Assembly (NCBI GenBank): GCA_963845145.1 | Contig: CAWJQU010000004.1 | Span: 384,001 to 448,000 of the forward strand | DNA from: an uncultured delta proteobacterium | GTDB lineage: Bacteria; Desulfobacterota; Desulfobacteria; Desulfobacterales; QNYZ01 | DNA length: 64,000 nucleotides | Reading direction: 5' to 3' | Shown: one piece after another, positions 33,474-43,566 of the stretch | Layout of the letters: the number at the start of each line of letters is the position of its first letter | Numbering within the stretch: the first letter of the stretch is position 1 | Translations under genes and position numbers: made by a program | The notes under the pieces: model-generated | Told to the model about the DNA's origin: nothing | What the model saw: only the letters and a program-made list of their open reading frames with translations | The model's database searches: none

Positions 33474-34940
33474 TTATCCATTGCTCAAATCGGTTATTGC
33501 AGGTGATGTGCTGGATTTATCCGGGGATGGTTCGGCAAGCACGTTTTCAAACCACGATCCGCCCAGGGCACGGTGTAGACCAATTCGTGCCAGAACGATC
33601 TCTTCCTGGCGCTGGATCAGGGTGCGCTCTAAATTCTGTACATTGACCAACTGGGTCAATACGGGCAGATAATCCCCCAGCCCTTTGCGATAGCGGTTGG
33701 TAGCCTCGGTGAGGGCTTTCTGGGCGTTGTCGATTTCAACTTCAAGGGCGGTTTGGCTGCGATGCAGATTGCGCTCTACAATCATGGCGTTTTCCACTTC
33801 GAGAAAAGCGGTAAAGACCGTTTGGCGGTAGCGGGCCATTTGTTCGTCGAGCAGAGCACGGGCGCGATCCGCTTCCGCTGCCCGCTGGCCGGCATCGAAA
33901 ATAGGCGCGGTAAGGTTGGCTGCCAAATTGATCAGCCAATTGCTGAAAATAAGGTCCAACTCTTCGGCGCCGTACCGTGCGGTGCCCGTCAGGCGAATGG
34001 CCGGCAGTCGCGCCGCCCGGGCCGCGGCCCATTGCCAGCCGGCAGCTTCAAGTCGCATACCGACAGCACGCACATCGGGGCGATTGGCCAACAAGTCCGC
34101 CGGTATTCCGGGTGTCGGAATTTTTTTCAGCTGGGGTAGGGCGGTAGCTCCAATTACCGGCGACCCCGCCTTAGGATTTCCCAACAGTAAAGCCAACTGG
34201 TTCATGTTCAACGCTTCCTGGGTTTCAACCAGCGGGACTTGCCGCTTAACCCGTGCTACCAGTTCACGCTGTTGAAACACATCAACCGAACTGGCCAGCC
34301 CGTTGCGGTATCGTAATTCCACCAGTTCCAGGCGGACCTTATTTGTTTCCAGCTGTGTTTGTAAAAGTGATTGTTGCAAGCGTTGAGAGATGATATTTAC
34401 CCACCGTTGGGCAATTTCGGCTGACACCGTCATGGCGGCTGCCTGCAGATCGGCCAGGCTGGCGTTTTCATCGAGTCGGGCAGCTTCGCCGACTGCGCGC
34501 ACTCGACCCCATAGATCAAGCTCGTAGTTGCTTATGAGGCTGACGGCGTAATTTTCAACCGTGTTGGTTTGACCGCCATTTCGGGTATTATCGTTTTCCA
34601 CACGCCTTCGCCCCAAACCGGCTTCGCCACCGCCGGTCAGGCTGGGAAACCGGGCGGCGTTTTGCTGGATGCTTCGTGCCCGGGCCTGATGCAATTGCGC
34701 CCACGCTTGCTGGAGCGTAAAACTGTCACTCAAAGCGGCTTCAATGAAATCGGATAATTCAGTGTTGTCAAATACTTGCCACCATGGTTGTGCCCGCGAC
34801 AAAGGCTCGCCAAAAAGGCTGAAAGTAGGGGGGAGTTCAACTTCGGTATGGGGGTTGATGTCCGGCTCAAAATGGGCACAGGCGGTAAAACCGATCGCGG
34901 TTGCCAGAATAATAGTAATGTGAGCCAGATGTTTAAACAT
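33474..34940 (-). CDS. TolC/OprM-type outer membrane efflux lipoprotein
   Basis: Lipobox FTAC, WWQVFD, YELDLWGR, LLANRPDVRA, LHRALGGSW. Confidence 0.9.
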   Translation of the reverse strand: MFKHLAHITIILATAIGFTACAHFEPDINPHTEVELPPTFSLFGEPLSRAQPWWQVFDNTELSDFIEAALSDSFTLQQAWAQLHQARARSIQQNAARFPSLTGGGEAGLGRRRVENDNTRNGGQTNTVENYAVSLISNYELDLWGRVRAVGEAARLDENASLADLQAAAMTVSAEIAQRWVNIISQRLQQSLLQTQLETNKVRLELVELRYRNGLASSVDVFQQRELVARVKRQVPLVETQEALNMNQLALLLGNPKAGSPVIGATALPQLKKIPTPGIPADLLANRPDVRAVGMRLEAAGWQWAAARAARLPAIRLTGTARYGAEELDLIFSNWLINLAANLTAPIFDAGQRAAEADRARALLDEQMARYRQTVFTAFLEVENAMIVERNLHRSQTALEVEIDNAQKALTEATNRYRKGLGDYLPVLTQLVNVQNLERTLIQRQEEIVLARIGLHRALGGSWFENVLAEPSPDKSSTSPAITDLSNG

Positions 34941-35034
34941 AACGGAAATATAGTGCCAAACCTTAGAATGTCTATATACTATCCAACCGTCAGTTCCCAT
35001 TGAATAAGGAAAAAGGAAAAAACCGGCTGTCGAT

Positions 35035-35520
35035 TTATGGCTCCCGGTAAAGCGCCAGCACACCGGACCGGGCCAGCTTCTTAATACCATAGGGTTGTAA
35101 CAGGTCGATCAGGGCCTCAATTTTTTCCGGCCGGCCGGTCACCTCCATAATGATATGTTTGGCGCCAACATCAACGATTTTGCTTCGAAAGACCTCGGCG
35201 ATGTGCATGATTTCAGTCCGTTTTTGTATGTCGGCCTGGACACAAATGAGCGCCATTTCCCGCTTGACCGCTTTTTCACCCGTCATATCCCGTAATTTAA
35301 CCACGTTGACCAGGCGCCGAACTTGTTTCATGATCTGTTCAAAAAGATGAGGATTGGCCTGGGTTGTGATGGTGATCCGCGATACTTCCGGATCATGGGT
35401 GGGCGCACCGCAAATGGTGTCGATATTGTAATTTCTTCCGGCAAACAGGCCTGAAACCCGGGCGGTCACACCGGGTTCATTTTCCACCAGCATCGTCAAT
35501 ACATGTTTGTCATCATCCAT
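35035..35520 (-). CDS. ilvN: Acetolactate synthase small (regulatory) subunit
   Basis: LVENEPGV.ARVSGLF..R.YNI ACT domain, REMALI, ARSG. Confidence 0.88.
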   Translation of the reverse strand: MDDDKHVLTMLVENEPGVTARVSGLFAGRNYNIDTICGAPTHDPEVSRITITTQANPHLFEQIMKQVRRLVNVVKLRDMTGEKAVKREMALICVQADIQKRTEIMHIAEVFRSKIVDVGAKHIIMEVTGRPEKIEALIDLLQPYGIKKLARSGVLALYREP

Positions 35521-35653
35521 TTGGATCGGTCCTTTGCAACTCTTTTGGATATTCTCCCGTCAATGTCACCATAGGAAACTTTTTGAATCTCTTTGTTTAT
35601 GATATATGAAAATTGTTTTGGCAGCAATGACTCATAAGATCAAAAAGGTCCCC

Positions 35654-36172
35654 ATGGAAAAAGGCTACGTTCACGTGCTCACCGGTAATGGCAAGGGAAA
35701 AACCACGGCGGCCCTGGGATTGTCGATTCGGGCGGCGGGTGCCGGCTTGAAGGTTTATTTCGCACAATTTATAAAAAAGGGCGATTATAGCGAAATTCTG
35801 GCGTTGCAGCGATTCGCGGATCAGATTACCGTGCGGCAATTCGGGTTGGGCCGGTTTACCGGTCATAATCCCGAACCGGCAGACATTCAGGCCGCGCACA
35901 GTGGGTACGAACAGATAAAAGAGGTGATGGCCAGCGAAGAATATGATCTCATGATATTAGATGAGGCCAACGTGGCGGTGAAGTACGGATTACTGGCCGT
36001 CCAGGATCTGATGTTTTTGATCACGCATAAACCCTATGGGATGGAGCTCGTATTGACCGGCCGGTATGCCTCACCGCGGATCATCGATATGGCGGATATG
36101 GTAACTGAAATGCGGCCGATCAAACATTATTATTTAAAAGGGGTGGAAGCGAGGGCAGGGATAGAAAAATGA
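35654..36172 (+). CDS. cobO: Cob(I)yrinic acid a,c-diamide adenosyltransferase
   Basis: TGNGKGKTTAALG, QFIK, ILDE, LTGR, KHYY..G..AR.GIE. Confidence 0.92.
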   Translation: MEKGYVHVLTGNGKGKTTAALGLSIRAAGAGLKVYFAQFIKKGDYSEILALQRFADQITVRQFGLGRFTGHNPEPADIQAAHSGYEQIKEVMASEEYDLMILDEANVAVKYGLLAVQDLMFLITHKPYGMELVLTGRYASPRIIDMADMVTEMRPIKHYYLKGVEARAGIEK

Positions 36173-36258
36173 AACCATTCAATCTTCGATGACTCTTTGC
36201 ACTCTATTTTTTGATGCCCTTCTCGTTATCCTACTTCGATGCATCCCGAACAGACTTC

Positions 36259-36421
36259 AACCTAAGTTGAGCGATTTTTTGCGAAGCTATGTGCCAAGAT
36301 ATTGAGATGATAAGGATTTCAAAAAACGGAGGCATACCCCTTGGATATGCCGAGTATTTTTGAAAGTCTTAGCGCTCAATAGGTTGGTGCAGAGCGAGTA
36401 AAAAACCGCTCAATTTAGGTT
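36259..36421. repeat. ~163 bp palindromic MITE-like repeat, copy 1
   Basis: Terminal inverted repeats AACCTAAGTTGAGCG / CGCTCAATTTAGGTT and nested internal inverted repeats; similar copy at 59443-59605. Confidence 0.8.
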
Positions 36422-36424
36422 CAA

Positions 36425-36712
36425 CTAAGAATATTGATCAAGGTAGGCTTTTAAGACTTCCTCAGAAGGTGTTCGGTCAAAAACGAGTTCGCCATCAATG
36501 AAAATGGATGGCACCGGTGCCGGTCGTCCGATATGCTTTGACAATTCACCATACCTTAAGGCACCACTCATTTCTTTGGTTACGACTTTTTCCCATTTAA
36601 GCCTGGATTCGTACGCCGGCGCAACTGCCTCGACCACCCGGGTCATGTATTCACAGGGAATTCAATGGGCCCCTTCATGAATCACTTCCAAATGAATTGT
36701 TTTTAATCGCAT
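36425..36712 (-). CDS. Thioredoxin-fold selenoprotein, UxxC (U17)
   Basis: MRLKTIHLEVIHEGAH-U-IPCEYM; TGA at 36662-36664 aligns with CLPCFYM of the adjacent paralog; PAPVPSIFIDGE cis-Pro motif. Confidence 0.87.
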
Positions 36713-36723
36713 TTCAGTTGCCT

Positions 36724-37062
36724 TTACAGTTTTACCCCTTTTTCTTCGAGTGCCTCCTCGATGGCCTCTTCCAGTTCAAATACCGGCGGAATGGCATCGA
36801 AAACGAGTTCCCCATCAATAAAAAGCGATGGGACCGGTGCTATACGACAGTACTTATACACATTCTCCTCTCCAAAAAGTGAGCAGGAGAGTTCGAGGAA
36901 GCGCTTTTTACCGTCGCCCTTTAAAAATTCAACCCGCCTGTATTCAACATGATCCGCGTATTTAGGTAGAATGTTAACGACCGACTCATCCATATAAAAG
37001 CATGGCAGACAGTAATCCGCTTTGTACATTACTTCTATGATAATTTGATTGTTTTTATTCAT
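36724..37062 (-). CDS. Thioredoxin-fold protein, CxxC
   Basis: YKADYCLPCFYM, APVPSLFIDGELVF; paralog of 36425-36712. Confidence 0.8.
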   Translation of the reverse strand: MNKNNQIIIEVMYKADYCLPCFYMDESVVNILPKYADHVEYRRVEFLKGDGKKRFLELSCSLFGEENVYKYCRIAPVPSLFIDGELVFDAIPPVFELEEAIEEALEEKGVKL

Positions 37063-37441
37063 TCGAAGATGTTTTTCCACTGAAGGGTTTTTTGTGAGGT
37101 CTTTTGGCGGGTAACAACGCCCCGTCCTTTTTAGATGGTTTTTTAAAGAATTCAACGGTTAACTACCAGGGAAAGCGAAAATTATCAATCAAAATATTGC
37201 CGCTCGGCCTGATGCTCTTTGTAATGGGCCCATCCAGATTTCCCCCGGCTCAACCACCGCTCACTTCAAAAGAGTGCTTTTGTTTCCGCTGCAAAGGGCA
37301 TCTTGACTTTGGCCGCCATTTGTAACAATACGTATCGTTCAATTGATAATCCCATCGTCTCCAAGGCCTATCGCATCTCAATGGCCAATTTTCCTTTTCG
37401 ATCTCGAAAGGCGGGCAATATATCGAATGGTGTATAGCAAA

Positions 37442-38290
37442 ATGAATTCTCCTCATATTTACAAAACGAAAAAAGTTTCAGAATTTCCGTTTAAAATCAG
37501 TGCGCCGGCGATGATTTACGGCGATGATATGATTGAAAACGTACGAATTTTGGGGCGCATGGTCGACAATGTAGAAATCGTACTGTTTTATACGCCCACG
37601 TTGAATAATTTTCCAAACGAATCCGACGCCCAAACCCTATACAAATTGGGTCAGCAGAACAATATAACGTTTACTGTCCATCTTCCCGCCCACTTGGAAA
37701 TCGCGACATCGAATGACCGCCGGCGGGAAGAATCGGTCCGTATGGCCATTGATCTTATTCAAATCACCGCGACCTTCAACCCGGTCAATTACGTCCTCCA
37801 TATTCCCTATACCCGGCCAACCCTCGCACCTGTTCCCGGCTCGTATTTTCAAACCATCAGCGACCCCACCCTAAAAGAATGGATGAAAAGAGCGCTGGAA
37901 AGCCTTGATAGACTTCAAAAAGAGATCAGAACCGGCAGTAAGTTACTCCTTGAAAATATTAATTACTCACCGACATACCTCCAACCTTTTCTGGTGAAAG
38001 GGGCCCGGGAGATTTGTCTGGATATGGGGCACCTGCTGTTGGGCCATGAGAAAGTGATTGATGTTTTAGAAGAATTCCTCCCGGTCACCAAAGAAATACA
38101 CTTGCATGGCGTCATGGGTTTTGAAGAGCACTTGGGCTTGGGCGTTTTGCCTGAGCCGGTAATAATCAAATGGTTAGCTTGCCTTGGGCGGGGGAGATTT
38201 AAAGGTATCGTCAATCTCGAGGTTTTTGATCCGGAACATTTAGAGACATCCCTGGATCTTGTAACTCGGCTGTTTTTAACCGGTAGATAG
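37442..38290 (+). CDS. cbiR: Cobamide remodelling phosphodiesterase CbiR-like (AP endonuclease 2 fold)
   Basis: VEIVLF, TVHLP, VLH, LLEN, CLDMGH, EIHLHG, H.GL, NLEVF metal-ligand pattern; cobalamin-related neighbourhood. Confidence 0.65.
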   Translation: MNSPHIYKTKKVSEFPFKISAPAMIYGDDMIENVRILGRMVDNVEIVLFYTPTLNNFPNESDAQTLYKLGQQNNITFTVHLPAHLEIATSNDRRREESVRMAIDLIQITATFNPVNYVLHIPYTRPTLAPVPGSYFQTISDPTLKEWMKRALESLDRLQKEIRTGSKLLLENINYSPTYLQPFLVKGAREICLDMGHLLLGHEKVIDVLEEFLPVTKEIHLHGVMGFEEHLGLGVLPEPVIIKWLACLGRGRFKGIVNLEVFDPEHLETSLDLVTRLFLTGR

Positions 38291-38316
38291 GCCGGTCCGT
38301 TAGCCTGGAAAGGCTC

Positions 38317-38616
38317 CTATTCAGGTTCGTCTAAATAGGGCACCCTGTTCGTCGTTCTCTGATGCTTACTCCAGAATTGGGCAGTTTCAAATCCGAGGAC
38401 TGAAGCTGCATTGATGTCATCGGTTGCGCGGGTATATTGACCAAGCTTGTAGTAGCAAACCCCCCTGTCAAAATACGCTTTGGCGTATCCTTTATACAAA
38501 TCAATTGTACGGTTAAAAACCGAAATGGCCTGGGCGTAATCTCCGGTCAAGGCCAGCTCTCTGCCTTCCCTATACATAGCCTCGGCTTTGCGCGGGTCCT
38601 TTATAGATCCTGTCAT
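38317..38616 (-). CDS. Tetratricopeptide repeat protein
   Basis: GDYAQAISVFNRTIDL, AKAYFDRGVCYYKLGQY. Confidence 0.75.
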   Translation of the reverse strand: MTGSIKDPRKAEAMYREGRELALTGDYAQAISVFNRTIDLYKGYAKAYFDRGVCYYKLGQYTRATDDINAASVLGFETAQFWSKHQRTTNRVPYLDEPE

Positions 38617-38623
38617 GTTGCCC

Positions 38624-39511
38624 TTATGGAAAGATCGGTGGTTTCATGACCACCGGATTTTCATTTAGAATATCGTCGGTAATGCTACAGGCACAGACAG
38701 TATCACCGCTTTTGGCGGTCATCAAGGGGGCAATGACAAACCGAAAGCACCCGGCGGCAACCGCACCGCCGATTAAGGGGGCGAGAATATAAACCCAAAA
38801 AAAGCCACTCCGCGGGCCGGGGATGGCGATGTGATGCCAACCTGCCAGATAGGCCACCAAGCGTGGGCCGAAATCCCGGGCCGGATTGATGCCTGTCTGG
38901 GTCAAGGGCGCTGTAACGGCTATCAGCATCGCCACTGTCCCGCCAATAAATACAGGCGCCAGGACATCACTGGGCCGCCCCACATTGCAGCCTTCCGTCA
39001 ATAGAAAGATCAAGGTCACCAGTAAAAAGGTGCAAAAACCTTCCGCAAGCATTGCGGCTTCAAGTGATAGTTTAAACCATGAGGCCTGAAAGGCCGGGTT
39101 AGGGAAGTATTCGCCAAAAAGCATGGCTGTTTTTATGGACTCCGGGTTTCCACGGACAATGCCGTGCGCGGCTTCAAAACCGGTAATGGATGTGTGAAAA
39201 AGGAGTAATACGCATGCGCCGGCGGTTATACCCCCGAGCAGTTGCGACAACCAGTAGGGAACCAGCAGACCCGGTTTCATCCGGCCTACCAAAACCATTC
39301 CCAGCGAAACGGCGGGATTCAGATGTGCACAGGACAAGTGGCGGGTGGCGTAAATAGCCAGCGTAACACCAATTCCCCAAACGATGGCCACCTGCACGAG
39401 ACCCGCAGGAGCGTTAAATAACACCGATACGGCCACGATCGCAGTACCGATAAATACCAGTATGAAGGTGCCGAGAAACTCACCGAAATATGCGGGTAGA
39501 TGTTGTTTCAT
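38624..39511 (-). CDS. MIP family channel (aquaglyceroporin-like)
   Basis: AHLNPAVS and GINPARDFGPR; C-terminal CAC. Confidence 0.9.
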   Translation of the reverse strand: MKQHLPAYFGEFLGTFILVFIGTAIVAVSVLFNAPAGLVQVAIVWGIGVTLAIYATRHLSCAHLNPAVSLGMVLVGRMKPGLLVPYWLSQLLGGITAGACVLLLFHTSITGFEAAHGIVRGNPESIKTAMLFGEYFPNPAFQASWFKLSLEAAMLAEGFCTFLLVTLIFLLTEGCNVGRPSDVLAPVFIGGTVAMLIAVTAPLTQTGINPARDFGPRLVAYLAGWHHIAIPGPRSGFFWVYILAPLIGGAVAAGCFRFVIAPLMTAKSGDTVCACSITDDILNENPVVMKPPIFP

Positions 39512-39578
39512 AAAACGTTTTCCTTCTATATAGCCGCTTCAGCCACAAAATCGGTACAACTACCTACGGGCTCTCCCA

Positions 39579-40004
39579 TTAATTATGACAGGCCTTCTCT
39601 TTCTCTTTCATGCGGACATCGGGAAGCGTAGCAGCGGGAAAAGCTTCTCGTGCCTGATCAAAAAAACGTCCCATCAACATCGCCTGATGGCCCAATGTGT
39701 TCATCCAGCGCCACAAACACTCTTTACCGGCCCCGGTGAGATAGTATCGTCGCTTGGCCGGTCCTTTTTCGGTCGTATCCCATTTTGATGAAAGCACCCC
39801 CCTTTTTTCAAGTGTGTTCAGATGGCGGTACAGTCCGGTGATGTTCACACCGACGGGAAATTCGTCGAGATGCGCTTTGATGATTTTATTGATCTCATAA
39901 CCATAAGTTCCCTGATGGTGGTACAAGGTCAGTAAAATCCATGGGCCGGCAAGGTTGCTCATGTTTTTGCCCGAACAGGGACAATTTTCGATATCGATCT
40001 TCAC
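39579..40004 (-). CDS. PadR family regulator with N-terminal CxC
   Basis: ENCPCSGKN, TYGYEI, LYRHLNTLEKRG, GPAKRRYYLTGAG. Confidence 0.85.
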   Translation of the reverse strand: MKIDIENCPCSGKNMSNLAGPWILLTLYHHQGTYGYEINKIIKAHLDEFPVGVNITGLYRHLNTLEKRGVLSSKWDTTEKGPAKRRYYLTGAGKECLWRWMNTLGHQAMLMGRFFDQAREAFPAATLPDVRMKEKEKACHN

Positions 40005-40245
40005 AATATAGTCTCCGTCGTAGATTATTATACAACGTATAATATAATATTGAATTGATCTTGTCAATCAGTTTGACTCCCCTGCGGGTATTTAGTATTT
40101 ATGGGATCAATGTCCATATCTTGAAAGTTATGGGCAGCGGCAACCCTTAAGATGCGAAAGCAATTTCTAAAGTTTGCATATCGGACCCTTTTTTCTCAAT
40201 CCTAAAATATTTTGTCGGTGTCATCGGCAAAGGAAGGTAACTTTT

Positions 40246-40821
40246 ATGAAAAAGTGGCTGGTCGCGTTGTTGATTGTGGGATATGCGATTCCGGTGTTTG
40301 CGCAGAAAGAAACGGTTATTACCCGGGAAGATCAGTGGGTGATGTATTCCAAATTCGAAAATCAGGTCGCCGGTATGGCCGGAGACATTGCGGTGCTTGG
40401 CGGTATCTATGCCGGTGGTTTACTGAATGAGCGGTTTATTTTCGGGGTCGGGTTCAATGGCCTTTTGTCCGATGTGGAGACGGATTCACCGTTTCTGAAC
40501 GATCTCGAATTTCTTGATGTTTGGTATGGGGGACTGCATACCGGGTATACCTTCTATTCCGACCGGTTGATTCACTTTTCGTTGGGGTGCCTCCTCGGGG
40601 GCGGTCAGGTGAAGGCGGATTCCACTGCCGGGCCTGATGTTTCCGAGAATATCATTGCGGTTCAGCCAACCGTCGATTTTCGGTTGAACATTTCGGATAG
40701 ATTTTCGATCGGCCTAAATGTCGGCTACCTGTATCTCGGGATGAACGATGCAGAAGAACTGACGTCTTCCGATTTATCGGGTCCAACGGCTGGTTTTTTT
40801 CTACACTTTACTGAATTCTAG
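40246..40821 (+). CDS. Outer-membrane beta-barrel protein
   Basis: Signal peptide ending VFA, amphipathic strands, C-terminal Phe. Confidence 0.6.
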   Translation: MKKWLVALLIVGYAIPVFAQKETVITREDQWVMYSKFENQVAGMAGDIAVLGGIYAGGLLNERFIFGVGFNGLLSDVETDSPFLNDLEFLDVWYGGLHTGYTFYSDRLIHFSLGCLLGGGQVKADSTAGPDVSENIIAVQPTVDFRLNISDRFSIGLNVGYLYLGMNDAEELTSSDLSGPTAGFFLHFTEF

Positions 40822-40827
40822 TTGCTC

Positions 40828-40985
40828 AGGGCTCGCGAAAAAATAATTTCACATTTTATACGCCGATGAATCCCGTCTGGCGACGTTGTGAAAGCTCGGA
40901 ATATCTCGATATTCCATCTCTTTCACGCCTTGTCAGGCGGGCGCCTCAACGCCTAAAATTGTGAACTTATTTTTACGCGAACCCT
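40828..40985. repeat. ~158 bp long palindromic element (second MITE-like family)
   Basis: AGGGCTCGCGAAAAAATAATTTCACA... inverted to ...TGTGAACTTATTTTTACGCGAACCCT, with an internal hairpin; lies between convergent genes. Confidence 0.7.
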
Positions 40986-41926
40986 TAGCCAGGTGGCGGG
41001 CGGTTCTCAAGATATTCTGATGCGTATTTGGCCGCTCGGGCCCCATCGGCGCAGGCGGTCAACACCTGATAGAGGTTCTTTTCCCTGATATCGCCGGCCG
41101 CAAACAGACCGGGCTCCGATGTCATAAGCGTGGCGTCGGTAATTAAATAGCCGTCCTTGTTGGTATTAGGTGTGGTAGCGGGTTTGAACTGGAGCATCCG
41201 CAGGTTGGGGGTCCACCCAATGGCCAAAAATGCGCCATCGACTGGTATTTCGGAGGTCTCGCCCGTTTTGGTTTTAACGCCCAGGGTTTCAACAAAGTCT
41301 AAGCCGGTAAACCCGGTTACTTCTGTATCGGTTATAATCTCGATATTTTTTTGCTGGACAACCAGCGCTTTCTGAACGGCATCCATTTTTAGATTTGGGC
41401 TGCGGCAAATCAGGAATACTTTAGCGGCAATCCGGGACAGGGTCATCGCATGCTGTCCAGCAGCATTGTCACTGCCGATGACTGCCAAATGGGCGTTTTT
41501 ATCCCTGTACAGGGGGCCATCGCAGACGGAACAGAAATTAATACCTTTCATTTTGGCGTGGGCTACCGGCAATCTTTTGGGGACCCGACCGCTGGCCACA
41601 ATGGCACAGGGGGCGCTGTAATCCAACCCATTGGCATCCTTTCCAATAAATCCATTGCTATGGCGATCAAGCTGTTCCAGGCGACTCATGGTAAATTCAG
41701 CCCCCTCCATTTGGGCTTGCTGGAAAAGCTTGACACCGAATTCCGTTCCGGGAATACCGCCCAGGAAACCCGGAAGATTCATTATATTATCGATCATATA
41801 GGTAATGCCCCCGGGGGTATCGCCAAAAACGATCGTCTTCAGTCCCAAACGTTGGGCGTACAAAGCAGCGGTTGACCCGGCAGGGCCGATTCCCACAATT
41901 ATTATGTCGTATTGGTTTTCCGTCAT
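40985..41926 (-). CDS. trxB: Thioredoxin reductase-like NAD(P)/FAD oxidoreductase
   Basis: GIGPAG, CSVCDG redox motif, GLFAAGD; the NADPH-binding motif is atypical (VIGSDNAA). Confidence 0.8.
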   Translation of the reverse strand: MTENQYDIIIVGIGPAGSTAALYAQRLGLKTIVFGDTPGGITYMIDNIMNLPGFLGGIPGTEFGVKLFQQAQMEGAEFTMSRLEQLDRHSNGFIGKDANGLDYSAPCAIVASGRVPKRLPVAHAKMKGINFCSVCDGPLYRDKNAHLAVIGSDNAAGQHAMTLSRIAAKVFLICRSPNLKMDAVQKALVVQQKNIEIITDTEVTGFTGLDFVETLGVKTKTGETSEIPVDGAFLAIGWTPNLRMLQFKPATTPNTNKDGYLITDATLMTSEPGLFAAGDIREKNLYQVLTACADGARAAKYASEYLENRPPPG

Positions 41927-41974
41927 GGTATTTATCGTCCCAGGTTTACCTTAACATTAGGATTTAGCTTGAGG

Positions 41975-43009
41975 TTATTCTTCCGAAAAAGGCTGAAATA
42001 TACCCTTATTTGTCCAATCTCCCATTTGGGCTGCTTTATCTATATCGTCCATGGTATCGGGGGGGCCGATAAAGACAACCGTGTTTTTATGGTGTATCTC
42101 TTCTTCCGGGATATCGGTTTTTTCGATGGTCCAGTCTCCCATCACATAATTGAAGATGTACATGACATTATTTTCCTGGATAAACCCCTTGGCCCTCACA
42201 ACCGCGGTGGGGAGGGCATCAGCCATTTGTCGAACCTGTGCCAGGTCGTTTCCGGACCATTGATATGTCACCGAGACGAGCATATCCGGCGGTGTGATCT
42301 CAAGATCAGGATCATCGAGCATGTTATCGAGAAACGCTTCCAGTTCGTCGTCCGTTAATATGGGTTTTTCACTTATAGAAGATTGGGTATTGACCGATGG
42401 GGATGCGGTTGAGTCGGCAAAGCCAAAAAATTTGTCCAGGGGGATATCGGCATATGTGGTCTCGTAAAAAACAGGCGCGGAATGAAACTGGGCGATTATC
42501 TCTTTGGCTTCAGATATTTTTTCAGCAGAGGCCAGATCCGATTTGTTGATTATGAATACGCTGGAAGAAGCGATTTGCTTCTCGAGAGAGGCGTACACCT
42601 TGTAGGCGTCGATAAAATGGACGGCATCGATGATGCAAAACTGCTCCATAAATTGAAATCGGTCATCAAATATGGGTAACTGGAGGTCTTTTTTCAAATC
42701 CGAGGGATTCGCTACGCCGGTGGATTCGATGATCATGACGTCCGGCTTGACCGTTGTGTTTAATTCGTACAGGCCTTTGATGAAGTCGGTCTTGACGCAT
42801 ACACAAAATATGGACCCTTTGCTGATCTCCATCATGTCAATGTCGTCGCCTTCAACCAGCGTGCCGTCCACACCAACCTCGCCAAACTCATTGACAAGCA
42901 ATGTCAGCTTCTTGTCGGCAGGGAACTTTTTGATGATACGGTTTAAAAAAGTGGTTTTGCCGCTGCCTAGAAATCCGGTAATCAGGTAAACATTGGTTTT
43001 GTCAGACAT
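41975..43009 (-). CDS. COG0523/CobW-family metallochaperone GTPase
   Basis: TGFLGSGKTT, NEFG, GSIFCVC, ESTG, NKSD, RAKG. Confidence 0.9.
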   Translation of the reverse strand: MSDKTNVYLITGFLGSGKTTFLNRIIKKFPADKKLTLLVNEFGEVGVDGTLVEGDDIDMMEISKGSIFCVCVKTDFIKGLYELNTTVKPDVMIIESTGVANPSDLKKDLQLPIFDDRFQFMEQFCIIDAVHFIDAYKVYASLEKQIASSSVFIINKSDLASAEKISEAKEIIAQFHSAPVFYETTYADIPLDKFFGFADSTASPSVNTQSSISEKPILTDDELEAFLDNMLDDPDLEITPPDMLVSVTYQWSGNDLAQVRQMADALPTAVVRAKGFIQENNVMYIFNYVMGDWTIEKTDIPEEEIHHKNTVVFIGPPDTMDDIDKAAQMGDWTNKGIFQPFSEE

Positions 43010-43257
43010 CAGCGGATTTTCTCCTCGATTTTCAATTTGATCTCATCTGTGGAAAGCACCTTGCCAACCGAGACTACCTCCCCCTCGATCACCAAGCCTG
43101 GGGTTACGAAAACACCCATTTTGGTAAAGTAATTGATATCAGCGATTTTTTCGACATGAATGGCGGTCGGCGAATCAATCAACGAGACGGCTGCCAATGT
43201 ATTTTCATGAAGTTGATCGCAGCGTTTGCAGCCGGGACCTAGTACTTCTACTTTCAT
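43009..43257 (-). CDS. Small redox-active disulfide protein (MTH895/ArsE-like thioredoxin family)
   Basis: MKVEVLGPGCKRC, GVFVTPGLVIEGEV; RBS GGAGG before 43257. Confidence 0.88.
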   Translation of the reverse strand: MKVEVLGPGCKRCDQLHENTLAAVSLIDSPTAIHVEKIADINYFTKMGVFVTPGLVIEGEVVSVGKVLSTDEIKLKIEEKIR

Positions 43258-43522
43258 TTCGCCTCCTTGGTCTGAAAATGGATAGGCCTGGTGGGTGGAT
43301 GACACCTGAAGCGATCGCCGCTTAAGCCCAATAAAAGATGTCATCGAATGGGAAATATCGTCGGGATGCTCTAAGGGCTGAATTCGGTCGGTATTGCCAC
43401 AGTATGGGCCCAGGGTGCCGAAAAGGGCCCTATCGGTCTTTGGGAGACCATGATCTATGACGAATAATTTTAGCTGCTCAAGAATTTTGTCGCTACTCAA
43501 AGCGTTGCAGCCTTTGGATGTG

Positions 43523-43549
43523 AAACAGGGCCCTTAAAGGACCCTGTTT
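43523..43549. terminator. Probable rho-independent terminator after the 43567-43971 gene
   Basis: AAACAGGG-CCCTTAAAGGA-CCCTGTTT inverted repeat. Confidence 0.55.
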
Positions 43550-43566
43550 AAGGTTATCGAGTGGTC

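Noticed and set aside
37160..37440. Possible cobalamin riboswitch near cobO/cbiR
   Set aside because: I could not find the conserved B12-box elements by eye; an Infernal/Rfam scan would be needed
43258..43500. N-terminal extension of track ORF 43009-43500
   Set aside because: The thioredoxin has its own RBS and ATG at 43257; the upstream part looks like a decayed remnant of another small gene and is not supportable as a fusion
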